From positions 124,001-188,000 of the forward strand of contig NZ_SMNA01000010.1 in assembly GCF_004353825.1 (NCBI RefSeq): a DNA stretch of 64,000 nucleotides. The letters are read 5' to 3'. Shown piece after piece: positions 10,467-19,809 of this stretch (the first letter of the stretch is position 1; every line of letters begins with the position of its first letter). This DNA comes from Occultella glacieicola (GTDB taxonomy: Bacteria; Actinomycetota; Actinomycetes; Actinomycetales; Beutenbergiaceae). The translations under genes were made by a program, and so were the position numbers. Below the pieces are notes generated by a model. It worked only from the letters and a program-made list of their open reading frames with translations. It searched no databases and was not told the origin of the DNA.

Positions 10467-12521
10467 CTACCCCGCGATCAAGACCCGGGCGACCACGCAC
10501 TCATAGGGCGCCATCCTCGGCCCCCGGGCGAGGCCGTGGGAGCCGAGCACCCCGGTCGCGGCCGGCAGGCCCCGGGGGCGCTTGATCGTGCGGTCGGTGA
10601 GGTTGACCTCGACGAGCCAGTCGTCGCCGTCGCCCGGGGCCGTGCGCACCCAGCCGAAGTACTCGCGCGAGCGTGGCAGCAGGGCACGGAACCCGCCGTC
10701 GGTCAGGGCCGGCTCGGCGCGGCGCAGCCGGATCAGGTCACGGTGGAAGGACAGCACCGAGCCCGGGTCCGCGCCCTGTTCGGCGACGGTGAAGCCGACC
10801 GAGTCCTCCCGGCCGACCTGCCACGGCGTGCCGGTGCTGAACCCCGTCGTCGGCCCGGGTTCCCAGCGCATCGGGACCCGGGCGTGATCGCGGGCCCCGG
10901 GCCGCACCCGGGCCAGGGCGTCCTCGTGGGCCACTCCGTCGGCGCGCAGTTCGGCCAGCCGGTTCACGGACTCGACATCCTTCAGTTCGGCCGCGGCGGC
11001 GAAGTCCTGGTTGATCGCCGCGATCTCCTGGCCCTGGAACAGGAACGGGGTGCCCGGCAGCGTCAGCTGGATCGTCGCCAGGGCCTTGGCCGCGGCGGAC
11101 CGCAGCACGGGGTCGCGGTCGCGTGTGCCGAGCACCTTGGACAGCATCCGCGGGTTGTCGTGGTTGTCCAGGAACAGGGCGATGGCGTCGTCCGGTCCCA
11201 ACCTGGCCAGATAGTCCAGGTAGAAGCCCTTGAGGTAGCCGAGGTCGTAGCGGTAGTCGTCCCAGCGGACCTTGCCCGGGCCGTCGAGCACGTCGAAATT
11301 GAACACCAGGTCGAGCTCGCGCCGGCGGGCGCCGCTGAGCAGCCGGGACATCTCCACCCCGACGCCGGGGGTCTCACCGACCAGCACGCCGACCGGGTCC
11401 GGTGGCTCGGGCACGCCGAGGGTGCCGTCGGCACCCCGCGAACGCACGGTCGACGGCGGTCGCGGGTCCTGGGCGGTGCGCGTGAAGCCCGTAGCGCGCA
11501 ACTCGCGCAGGTACTCGTGCAGCCGCGGCCCGAAGAAGTAGTGCTCGATGCCGGGGAAACCCATCAGGGCACCGATCGCCTCGTTGCCGTCGGGCAGGCC
11601 CGGGCGCTTCGAGATGTAGTTGATGACGTCGAGCCGGAAGCCGTCGATGCCGCGGGCCCGCCACCACCGCACGATCTCGGCGACCTCGGCCCGCACCCGC
11701 GGGTTCTCCCAGTTGAGGTCCATCTGTCCCGGCGCGAACAGGTGCAGCGCCCAGCGTTTCGCCTCCGGCAGCCAGCGCCAGGCGCTGCCGCCGAAGAAGG
11801 AGGCCCAGTTGTTCGGGGGCGGCCCGCTGCCGTCCTCGCCCGGGACCCCGGGCTGCAGGTGGTAATAGTCGCCGTAGGGACCGTCCGGGTCGGCGACGGC
11901 GGCCCGGAACCAGGCGTGCTCGGCGGAGGTGTGGTTGACCACGAGGTCGAGGATGATCCGCATCCCGCGCTCGTGCGCGCCGGCGATGAGGTCGTCGAGG
12001 TCGGCCAGGGTGCCCATCTCGGACATGACCGCGCGGTAGTCCCGCACGTCGTAGCCCATGTCCTCGTTCGGGGAGTCGAAGATCGGCGACAGCCACACGC
12101 AGTCGACCCCGAGGTCGGCGAGGTGATCGAGGCGCGAGGTGACGCCGCGGAGGTCACCCACGCCGTCGCCGTCGGAGTCCGCGAACGAACGCGGGTAGAC
12201 CTGGTAGAAGACCGCCCGCCGCCACCAGGGCGGCTGCGCCGCTGGAGTGCCCGACGGCGTGGGGTCGCCTCCGGACGCGGCGTCCGGCTCGTGGTGGTGG
12301 TTGTGGTCGGCGAGCACCGTGATCAGCGACGGGGCGAACTCCTCGCCGAGGATGGGCCGGACGAGCCGGGCGACGGTGCTCAGGCGCAGGTTCGCCACGA
12401 CCGGGTTGCGCACCCAGAGCGACGACCGGCCCAGCTGCAGCAGCACCTTGTCGATGGCGTCCCGCCCGACCGGGTGGCCGTAGATCTCCTTGAGTCGCGT
12501 GTTCGCGTCAACGGGGGTCAT
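10467..12521 (-). CDS. GH13 alpha-glucosidase/oligo-1,6-glucosidase with N-terminal extension
   Basis: YQVYPRSF, DLVVNHTS, GFRLDVIN nucleophile, GETPG acid/base, DNHDNPR. Confidence 0.92.
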   Translation of the reverse strand: MTPVDANTRLKEIYGHPVGRDAIDKVLLQLGRSSLWVRNPVVANLRLSTVARLVRPILGEEFAPSLITVLADHNHHHEPDAASGGDPTPSGTPAAQPPWWRRAVFYQVYPRSFADSDGDGVGDLRGVTSRLDHLADLGVDCVWLSPIFDSPNEDMGYDVRDYRAVMSEMGTLADLDDLIAGAHERGMRIILDLVVNHTSAEHAWFRAAVADPDGPYGDYYHLQPGVPGEDGSGPPPNNWASFFGGSAWRWLPEAKRWALHLFAPGQMDLNWENPRVRAEVAEIVRWWRARGIDGFRLDVINYISKRPGLPDGNEAIGALMGFPGIEHYFFGPRLHEYLRELRATGFTRTAQDPRPPSTVRSRGADGTLGVPEPPDPVGVLVGETPGVGVEMSRLLSGARRRELDLVFNFDVLDGPGKVRWDDYRYDLGYLKGFYLDYLARLGPDDAIALFLDNHDNPRMLSKVLGTRDRDPVLRSAAAKALATIQLTLPGTPFLFQGQEIAAINQDFAAAAELKDVESVNRLAELRADGVAHEDALARVRPGARDHARVPMRWEPGPTTGFSTGTPWQVGREDSVGFTVAEQGADPGSVLSFHRDLIRLRRAEPALTDGGFRALLPRSREYFGWVRTAPGDGDDWLVEVNLTDRTIKRPRGLPAATGVLGSHGLARGPRMAPYECVVARVLIAG

Positions 12522-13974
12522 CGCGGCCTCCGCCCGGTGGTGGCGCCTCGACGCCCAGGGCGAGCGGTGGCCGTGCTCCGGCCTCCCGAGCGTCGAGGTC
12601 TCCCACGATCGCCGCGTAGGTGGCCTCGTCGAGTCGGTAACGGCGCCGCAGTACCACCCAGCTGACGACGACGAGCAGGATCGGCAGCCCCATCATGGCG
12701 GCCCTGAACGCCGCGGCGCCGCCCGCCGTGACGTCCGCCGCGGTGTCGGCGTCGTTCACGCCGGAGAGGATCAGGGTCAGCCCCACGACGCCGGCCGCGA
12801 GCCCGCTGGAGGCCTTGTAGATGAACGGCTGCAGGGAGAACGTGACGGACTCGTTGCGCCGACCCAGCTTCCACTGCCCGTACTCCACGGAGTCGGCGAT
12901 GAACAGCATCATGAGCAGCTGGATGAAGGCCTGCCCGCTGAACAGCAGCACCCCGGCGATGCCGATCCCCACCATCGTGGCGTCCGCGAGCAGGAACACG
13001 ACGTAACCGGCCACGCAGAGCCCGCTGGCCAGCAGGTGCACGCCGCGCCGGGACAGCCGGGCGGAGACGAGGGGGAACACGAGCAGCCCGATGATCTGCG
13101 TGACGCCGAGGATCGCCGCGAACACCGAGTACATCCCCGCGTCGCCGAAGATGTAGGTGAAGTAGTACAGCCCGAGGCTCGTGGTGACCGTATAGCCGGT
13201 CATGAACGCCACCATCGCCACCGTGACCCACAGGAGCTGGTCGTTGCGGGCGATCACCCCGAGCAGCTCCCGGAGCGGGGTGGGCGAGATCGTCGCGACG
13301 GCGACCTGTTGGCGGGTGGCGACCAGCGTGATCGTCTGGAACGCGAGCATGATGACGACCACGATCACGGCGAGTACGAACCACGCGCGGTGGGCCGAGC
13401 CGAGCGCGTTCTCGAGCGCCTCGGTCACCGGCACCAGCGCCACGACCAGGGAGAACAGGCCCACGTTCGCGCAGACCCGGGCGACGACGCCGATCCGCTC
13501 GCGTTCGCGCTGGACCCGGGACAGGGAGGGCAGCATGCCGTAGAAGGAGATGTCGTTGACGGTGTAGGCGACCTCCCAGAGCAGGTAGACGCTCACGAAG
13601 ACGACGATGAACCACGCCCCCTGGACACCCCAGTCGGAGAACATGAGCACCGTGGCCGCCGCCCAGGCCAGCCCACCGACGGCGATCCACGGCTTGAACT
13701 TGCCCCACCGGGACCGGGTGTTGTCCACCACGAACCCCATGACCGGGTCGTTGACGGCGTCGAACAGGCGCATCAGGACGAGCACCACGGTGATCACGCC
13801 CAGGGTCTCGTTGGAGACCCCGACCACCTCGGTGAGGTAGACGAGCAGGAAGAGGGTCACCATCGCGGCGACCATGTCCCGCCCGAGGGTGCCCAGGCCG
13901 AAGCCCCAGACGTTGCGTCGGTGCAGTGCTTCCGGTGCTTCCGGTGCGCCGTCGCCGCCGGGGGAGTTGTCCAC
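12508..13974 (-). CDS. Glycoside-pentoside-hexuronide (MelB-like) MFS symporter
   Basis: GTLGRD, RLFDAVNDPVMGFVVDNTRSRWGKFKPW, ADSVEYGQWK; ~12 TM; start uncertain. Confidence 0.9.
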   Translation of the reverse strand: MDNSPGGDGAPEAPEALHRRNVWGFGLGTLGRDMVAAMVTLFLLVYLTEVVGVSNETLGVITVVLVLMRLFDAVNDPVMGFVVDNTRSRWGKFKPWIAVGGLAWAAATVLMFSDWGVQGAWFIVVFVSVYLLWEVAYTVNDISFYGMLPSLSRVQRERERIGVVARVCANVGLFSLVVALVPVTEALENALGSAHRAWFVLAVIVVVIMLAFQTITLVATRQQVAVATISPTPLRELLGVIARNDQLLWVTVAMVAFMTGYTVTTSLGLYYFTYIFGDAGMYSVFAAILGVTQIIGLLVFPLVSARLSRRGVHLLASGLCVAGYVVFLLADATMVGIGIAGVLLFSGQAFIQLLMMLFIADSVEYGQWKLGRRNESVTFSLQPFIYKASSGLAAGVVGLTLILSGVNDADTAADVTAGGAAAFRAAMMGLPILLVVVSWVVLRRRYRLDEATYAAIVGDLDAREAGARPPLALGVEAPPPGGGRDDPR

Positions 13975-14032
13975 GCGAGAAGTCTGCCAGCCCGCGTTGT
14001 CGAAATCGTCGACTCCGCTCCGACCTATGGTC

Positions 14033-14557
14033 ATGACACGCAACCAGGCACCCACCGACCCGACCACCACCGACCTGCTGGGCTGGGTCCAGCACACGAT
14101 CGAGCACCTCTGCGGATCCACCCAGGGGCTCACCGAGGCCCAGGTACGCACGCCGGTGGCGCCGTCCGGATGGACCGTCGCCGGCCTGCTCGGGCACGTC
14201 CACGACTCCACCATCTTCTGGCTCCACCACGTCCTCGGCGGACACCCGATGACGTTCGAGGAGGATCCGTGGGACAACGACCCGGACCTCCCGCTCGTGG
14301 CCCTGGTGGACCGTCTGCGGCAGGACACCGCCGCGGCGTGCGCGGCCGTCGAGCACCTCGGCAACGACACCGCGCCGCTTTGGTGGCCGGACGGTGCCTG
14401 GGGTGGCTACCGCCAGACCACGGTCCGGGGCGTGCTCCTGCACCTGCTGAACGACAACGCCGCCCACACCGGCCAGCTCGACATGGCCCGGGAGCACCTC
14501 GACGGCGGTGTCTGGGATCACGCCGTCGACGGCGTCCGGCTGCCCTCGAGGGGGTGA
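14033..14557 (+). CDS. DinB/DUF664 family protein
   Basis: PSGWTVAGLLGHV, LLHLLNDNAAHTGQLDMARE. Confidence 0.85.
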   Translation: MTRNQAPTDPTTTDLLGWVQHTIEHLCGSTQGLTEAQVRTPVAPSGWTVAGLLGHVHDSTIFWLHHVLGGHPMTFEEDPWDNDPDLPLVALVDRLRQDTAAACAAVEHLGNDTAPLWWPDGAWGGYRQTTVRGVLLHLLNDNAAHTGQLDMAREHLDGGVWDHAVDGVRLPSRG

Positions 14558-14663
14558 CGCCGCTCGATGGCGATGCGGCCGGGGTGCCCGGGGCGGGTTG
14601 TGCATCCCCGCCCCGGCGAGGACGATCTGGATATCCGATCGGAAACACGAGAAGAGGTTCGTC

Positions 14664-15092
14664 ATGGCCCGGCTCAACCCCTACCTCAACTTCACGGACA
14701 ACGCCCGGGCGGCGCTGGAGTTCTACCACTCGGTGTTCGGTGGCGAACTGAGCATGAACACCTTCGCCGAGTTCGGCCAGGCGGAGGACCCGGCCGATGC
14801 GGAAAAGATCATGCACGGCCAGCTCGAGGGCGACGGTGGCCTCCTGCTGATGGCCTCGGACACCCCGGCCGGGATGCCGGTCTCCGGTACCGACGGCAAC
14901 ATCTCGGTGTCGCTCTCCGGCGGACCGGAGGACGACGCGACCCTGCGCCGTCACTGGGACGCGCTCTCCGGGAGCGGTTCGGTCACGGTGCCGCTCGAGG
15001 TGGCCCCCTGGGGTGATGCGTTCGGCATGTGCGTCGACGGCTTCGGGATCAACTGGCTCGTCAACATCGCCGGGAACACTCCGGAGCAGTGA
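14664..15092 (+). CDS. VOC family (PhnB-like) protein
   Basis: LNPYLNF, ALEFYHSVFGG, KIMHG, LMASD, PWGDAFGMCVDGFGINWLVN. Confidence 0.92.
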   Translation: MARLNPYLNFTDNARAALEFYHSVFGGELSMNTFAEFGQAEDPADAEKIMHGQLEGDGGLLLMASDTPAGMPVSGTDGNISVSLSGGPEDDATLRRHWDALSGSGSVTVPLEVAPWGDAFGMCVDGFGINWLVNIAGNTPEQ

Positions 15093-15709
15093 CGGACAAG
15101 GTCGACTTCAAGAAGAGCCTCGACGCCTACCGGGCCAGGCAGGGTGAGTTCCGGATCCTCGACGTGCCCGAACTGCAGTACCTGATGATCGACGGCCACG
15201 GCGACCCGAACACCTCCGAGGACTTCACCGCTGCCCTGGAGGCGCTGTACCCGGTGGCCTACAAACTCAAGTTCGCGAGCAGGACCGGCCTCGGCCGCGA
15301 CTACGTGGTGATGCCGCTGGAGGGTCTGTGGTGGGCCGAGGACATGGAGGCGTTCACGTCCGCGCGGGACAAGTCCCAGTGGGACTGGACGCTCCTGATC
15401 ATGGTCCCGGACTGGATCGGGCCCGAGCTGTTCACCGCCGCCGTCGAGCAGGCAGGCAGGAAGGGGCCTCCGGCCCGGCTCGCGCAGGTACGGCTGGACT
15501 CCCTGGCCGAGGGCCGGTGCGTCCAGACCCTGCACGTGGGCTCCTTCGACGACGAAGCCCCGGTCCTGCGGCGCCTGCACCACGAGTTCATCCCGGACAG
15601 CGGTCTGCGCATGAGGGGAACCCACCACGAGATCTACCTGACCGACAGCCGCCGAACGCCGCCGGAGCGGCAGCGCACGATCCTACGTCAGCCGGTCGTG
15701 CCGGCCTGA
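15089..15709 (+). CDS. GyrI-like small-molecule-binding protein
   Basis: MIDGHGDPN, VMPLEGLWW, LHVGSFDDE, HHEIYL; GTGA overlap. Confidence 0.9.
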   Translation: MTDKVDFKKSLDAYRARQGEFRILDVPELQYLMIDGHGDPNTSEDFTAALEALYPVAYKLKFASRTGLGRDYVVMPLEGLWWAEDMEAFTSARDKSQWDWTLLIMVPDWIGPELFTAAVEQAGRKGPPARLAQVRLDSLAEGRCVQTLHVGSFDDEAPVLRRLHHEFIPDSGLRMRGTHHEIYLTDSRRTPPERQRTILRQPVVPA

Positions 15710-15712
15710 GGC

Positions 15713-16390
15713 TCAGGTCGAGTCCCGACGGCGCCGCTCCAGTCCGGAGAGCATCAGGTCGATCGAGAACGCGAACTCCTCATCGTCGTCGCAACCGCCC
15801 AGGCCGCCCTCGTGCGTGCTCGCCACGGCCAGTTCGGCCAGCCGCGGCAGTTCCCGGGTGAAGAACGCCAGTTGCGCCGCGGCGACCGCGGGTGGCGGCG
15901 GCCCGGCCGCGGCGTCGTCGAACAGGTCGTCGCTGAAGCCGAGGACCCGGCTGCCCAAGACGTGCAGCGCGTGGTGGGTCAGGGCCAGGTCGAGGCCGCC
16001 GGCCCGCAGGATCTCAAGCAGGGCGTTCAGGTGACGCAGGGTCGCCGGCGTGGGCTCGCGCCGGTCCTTGATCGCGCCGGCGGTCCACGGGTGGGCGAGC
16101 ATGGTGCGCCGGGCCGAGAGCATCAGGGCGCGCGCGTCCACGACCCAATCGCCCGACGGCGTCGCCACCGGTTCGATGTCGCTCACCACCGCGTCGGTCA
16201 TCAGCTCGAGCAGCCCGTCCTTGGTGCCGACGTGCCGGTAGAGCGACATCGGGTCGACACCGAGCTCGGTCGCGACACGGCGCATGCTGACGGCCGCCAG
16301 CCCGCCCTCGTCCGCGATGGCGATGGCCACGGCGACGACGCCGTCCCGGGTGAGTCCGGCTGGGATGGTCCGGGGCTGCTGCGCGCTCAT
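15713..16390 (-). CDS. TetR/AcrR family regulator with TetR_C domain
   Basis: HTH AVSMRRVATELGVDPMSLYRHVGTKD. Confidence 0.93.
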   Translation of the reverse strand: MSAQQPRTIPAGLTRDGVVAVAIAIADEGGLAAVSMRRVATELGVDPMSLYRHVGTKDGLLELMTDAVVSDIEPVATPSGDWVVDARALMLSARRTMLAHPWTAGAIKDRREPTPATLRHLNALLEILRAGGLDLALTHHALHVLGSRVLGFSDDLFDDAAAGPPPPAVAAAQLAFFTRELPRLAELAVASTHEGGLGGCDDDEEFAFSIDLMLSGLERRRRDST

Positions 16391-16415
16391 GGCCGGACAG
16401 TCTAGGCCCGTGACG

Positions 16416-16474
16416 TTGACGCGGCTACACCGTAGGCCTACGCTGTAGGCCTACGCTGTAGGCCTACGGTGTAG
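16416..16474 (+). promoter_or_regulatory. Promoter TTGACG-N17-TACGCT overlapped by four tandem CTAC-N3-GTAG palindromes
   Basis: Units at 16425, 16438, 16451 and 16464, each separated by GC. Confidence 0.75.
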
Positions 16475-16508
16475 ATCATGATCGAGAGTCCAGTGAAGGG
16501 CGTATGTC

Positions 16509-16985
16509 ATGTCGATCCAGAACCCGGCACCCCCGCTGCCGCCACGATGGTTCATCCGGTCCGCCTGGGCCGGGCACAAACTGCTGTACCGGGTCACCCG
16601 CCTCGGCCTGACCCGACCGGTCGACGGACGCAAGGCCGGCATCCTCCGGCTGCGCACCGTCGGCCGCCGCACCGGTGAGCCACGGGCCGTCATGATCTGC
16701 TACTTCCTCGACCATCCCGACGGTGCCGACCGCCCCGACCTCGTCACCCTCGCGATGAACGGCTGGGCACCGAGCCACCCTGCGTGGTGGCTGAACCTGC
16801 GGGCCAACCCCGAGGTCGAGGTGGACACGGTCGACGGCATCGCGCGTGTGCGGGGTCGCGAGGCCACCGGCGCCGAGAGGGACCGGCTCCTGGCCCGGTT
16901 CGACGACCACAGCGGGTGGGGCGAGGTCCGCAGATACGTCGCGGCGCGCCCGCACACGCCCGTCGTCGTCCTCTCGCCGCGCTGA
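16509..16985 (+). CDS. Deazaflavin (F420)-dependent nitroreductase family protein (Ddn/DUF385)
   Basis: LRTVGRRTGEPR, HPAWWLNLRANP, PVVVLSPR. Confidence 0.88.
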   Translation: MSIQNPAPPLPPRWFIRSAWAGHKLLYRVTRLGLTRPVDGRKAGILRLRTVGRRTGEPRAVMICYFLDHPDGADRPDLVTLAMNGWAPSHPAWWLNLRANPEVEVDTVDGIARVRGREATGAERDRLLARFDDHSGWGEVRRYVAARPHTPVVVLSPR

Positions 16986-17360
16986 ACCACCATCGTCTCA
17001 GTCGGACTCGGCCGCCCGGCCCGCGAGGATTCGGTCAGTAGTTCTGGGAGTTGGTTCGCGTAGAGTTCCTCGCGCCCTCGGCCGATGCCGATCCGGCTGA
17101 GCTGCCGGCCAGGGACCCGGGCACGGTTCCCAGAGTCCGCGCCAGCGGGTTGAACGACTGCATCGGAACCTCTCAAGCAATTCTCCAAACACGCCAAACT
17201 GGGGCGAGGTTAGGTAGTTCAAGGGATCGTTGTGGGCCCAGCATTCCGTCACGCCAGGGCTCGACCCATCGACCGGCGAGAGCTGGCGCGCTTGTGCGGA
17301 ACTGATCACCCGGCTCCGGCAACGCGAGCGAATTGCTCAGCTCGTCGCGAGCGCCCCGGG

Positions 17361-19133
17361 TCAAGGCGTGAGCAGGGTGCGGACGCGGTCGGCCCCCACT
17401 GCCAGCAGCAGCGTGGGCAGCCGCGGCCCGGTGTCCTTGCCGATCAACAGGTGGTAGAGGAGCTTGAAGAACTGACGCTGCGCGGCACCCAGTGCGGCCG
17501 CCGTCTCGGGGTCGGTCCTGCGGTCGGGCTTGAAGTCGGCGGCCCGGCCGGCCTGCACCTTGGGCACGCCGTAGACCTGGTGGGTCAGCCCGTCGAGCGA
17601 CCACGCGTCGTCGATCGCGGGGAGCTCCGAACCCTTGCCGTCCAACAGGATTCGCAGCCCCTCACGTTGTGCGTCGGTCAGCGCGGCGAGCGCCTCGGCA
17701 TCGGGAGACGCGCGCACGACCGTCCGGTCCTCGGGCGCCATCTGCGTCTCGACCCACGCGCTCGCGCGGTCGAGGCGCGGGCGCAGCTCGTCGAGGGAGG
17801 ACACCGGGTCGGTCGGGTCGAGGGACCTCAGGATGCGCAGGGTCTGCTCGTCGTCGCCGGTGGTGATGTCCACGACCGACGCGATCGTGCGATAGGGCAG
17901 CGGGTGCGGCGTCATCGGCAGTTCACCGGCGGCCACCGACACCGCGCGAGCGTGCGCCGCGAGGTCGCCGGGCTGCGCCGAGTCGCCGGAAACCTTGCGC
18001 ACCAACGAGTCCCACTCGTCGTACATGCGCTGGATCTCGGCGTCGAGCGCCACGTCGAACGCCTGGTTGGGACGCTTGCGCGCATAGAGCCAACGCAACA
18101 GCGGGGCCTCCATGAACCGCAGCGCCTCGACCGGCGTGGGCACACCACCGCGCGAGGAGGACATCTTGGCCATCCCGCGGATGCCGACGAACGCGTACAT
18201 CGGGCCGAGCGGGCGCTCCCAGCCGAAGAGCGGCGCGATCTCCTTGCCGACGGCGTAGGACGAGCCGGGGCTCTGGTGGTCGACGCCCGATGGTTCGAAG
18301 GTGACCTTTTCGTACGCCCAGCGCATCGGCCAGTCGACCTTCCACACGAGTTTGCCCCGGCGGTGCTCGCGGAGCAGCACGGTCTCGGTGTGACCACAAC
18401 GGCAGGTGTAGGTCATCTCGGTGGACGCGTCGTCGTAGGAGGTCACCGCCGTGAAGTCGGTGCCGCAGGAGGAGCAGTACGGCTTGTACGGGTAGTAGTC
18501 GGAGCCGGCCGAGCCGTCGTCCTCGAACGCGGCGCCGGAGCCCTCGACGGCCGCTGCAGCCGCGGCCACGTCGTCCTCGGAGAGTTTCTTCTGCCGGCCC
18601 TTCTGCTTCTCACCGCTCTGCCCGGGAAGCGTGCGGTACTGGGCAAGCACCCTGTCGATCTCCGCGCGCTGCGACATCGCGAACAGCACGTGCTCGACGT
18701 AGGCGCCCGAGGTGTACTGCTCGGTCTGGCTGATGCCGCGGTAGGTGATGCCGAGCTGGGCCAGGCCGTCCTCGATCTCCGCGCGGAAGTGCGCGGCCCA
18801 GGAGTCGTGCGGTGAGCCCTTCGGCGCGGGCACCGCCGTCAGCGGCTTGCCGATGTGTTGGGCGTACGACTCGTCGACCCCCTCGACGGCGGGCACCTTG
18901 CGGTAGCGGTCGAAGTCGTCCCAGCTGATGATGTGCTCGACCTCGACACCGCGACGGCGGATCTCGTCGGCCACGAGGTGCGGCGTCATGACCTCACGCA
19001 GGTTGCCCAGGTGCACCGGACCGGACGGCGAGATGCCGGAGGCACAGACGACTGGCGTGCCCAGCTTCTCGGCGGCCTCGATGGCCTCGTCCGCGAGTCG
19101 GGATACCCAGTCGTCGTAGTGCGCCTCAGTCAC
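17361..19133 (-). CDS. lysS: Lysine--tRNA ligase, class I
   Basis: SGISPSGPVHLGNLRE (HIGH), SWDDFDRYRKVP, GKLVWKVDWPMRW, KMSSS, GPRLP. Confidence 0.96.
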   Translation of the reverse strand: MTEAHYDDWVSRLADEAIEAAEKLGTPVVCASGISPSGPVHLGNLREVMTPHLVADEIRRRGVEVEHIISWDDFDRYRKVPAVEGVDESYAQHIGKPLTAVPAPKGSPHDSWAAHFRAEIEDGLAQLGITYRGISQTEQYTSGAYVEHVLFAMSQRAEIDRVLAQYRTLPGQSGEKQKGRQKKLSEDDVAAAAAAVEGSGAAFEDDGSAGSDYYPYKPYCSSCGTDFTAVTSYDDASTEMTYTCRCGHTETVLLREHRRGKLVWKVDWPMRWAYEKVTFEPSGVDHQSPGSSYAVGKEIAPLFGWERPLGPMYAFVGIRGMAKMSSSRGGVPTPVEALRFMEAPLLRWLYARKRPNQAFDVALDAEIQRMYDEWDSLVRKVSGDSAQPGDLAAHARAVSVAAGELPMTPHPLPYRTIASVVDITTGDDEQTLRILRSLDPTDPVSSLDELRPRLDRASAWVETQMAPEDRTVVRASPDAEALAALTDAQREGLRILLDGKGSELPAIDDAWSLDGLTHQVYGVPKVQAGRAADFKPDRRTDPETAAALGAAQRQFFKLLYHLLIGKDTGPRLPTLLLAVGADRVRTLLTP

Positions 19134-19809
19134 GATCGTGAAGTCTAGGCCGCACGCAGGCGCCGACCAGGCCGTGCTCGTACGCGGCGATGACGAGCTG
19201 GGCGCGGTCGCGGGCGTGCAGCTTGGACAGCAGGCTGCCGATGTGCGTCTTGACCGTGCCCATGGAGATCGTGAGGGCCCGGGTGATCTCGGTGTTGGAA
19301 AGGCCGCGGCCGACGAGGGTGAGCACCTGCGCCTCCCGGCCGGTGAGCGATGCCGGCGTGCTCGTGGGTGCCGACCGGCTCAGGTAGTTCTCGACGAGCC
19401 GGGCCAGGACGGTCGGCGCGAAGAGTGACTCGCCGGCGTGGGTGCGCCTGATCGCGTCGACGAGCCGGGCCGGTTCGGCGTCCTTGAGGAGGAACCCGCT
19501 CGCGCCGGCGCCCAGGGCCGCGTGGACGTACTCGTCGAGCTCGAACATGGTCAGCACCAGCACCCGGGTGCGGTCGAGCACGGGGTCGGCGGCGATGCGG
19601 CGGGTCGCCTCGATGCCGTCACCGTCGGGCATCCGGAGGTCCATGAGCACGATGTCCGGGCGCAACTCGCGAGTCCGTTCGAGGGCACCGGCGCCGGTGC
19701 CTGCCTCGCCGACGACGGTCAGGTCCGGAGCGCCATCGACGATGAGCCGCAGGCTGTGCCGGATCAGCGGCTGGTCGTCGACGACGAGAACCTGTACCGG
19801 CCCGGTCAC
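19126..19809 (-). CDS. NarL/LuxR family response regulator
   Basis: VVDDQ, LMDLRMP, LuxR HTH GLSNTEI...TVKTH. Confidence 0.95.
   Translation of the reverse strand: MTGPVQVLVVDDQPLIRHSLRLIVDGAPDLTVVGEAGTGAGALERTRELRPDIVLMDLRMPDGDGIEATRRIAADPVLDRTRVLVLTMFELDEYVHAALGAGASGFLLKDAEPARLVDAIRRTHAGESLFAPTVLARLVENYLSRSAPTSTPASLTGREAQVLTLVGRGLSNTEITRALTISMGTVKTHIGSLLSKLHARDRAQLVIAAYEHGLVGACVRPRLHDRD

Noticed and set aside
16425..16474. Possible mini-CRISPR array
   Set aside because: 13-bp period with no unique spacers and no cas genes; fits operator repeats
7187..17360. Integrative element at tRNA-Val
   Set aside because: No integrase, transposase or duplicated att site seen by eye
16986..17360. Lower-GC-looking intergenic stretch with short ORFs
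   Set aside because: No recognisable protein or RNA motif; probably eroded sequence
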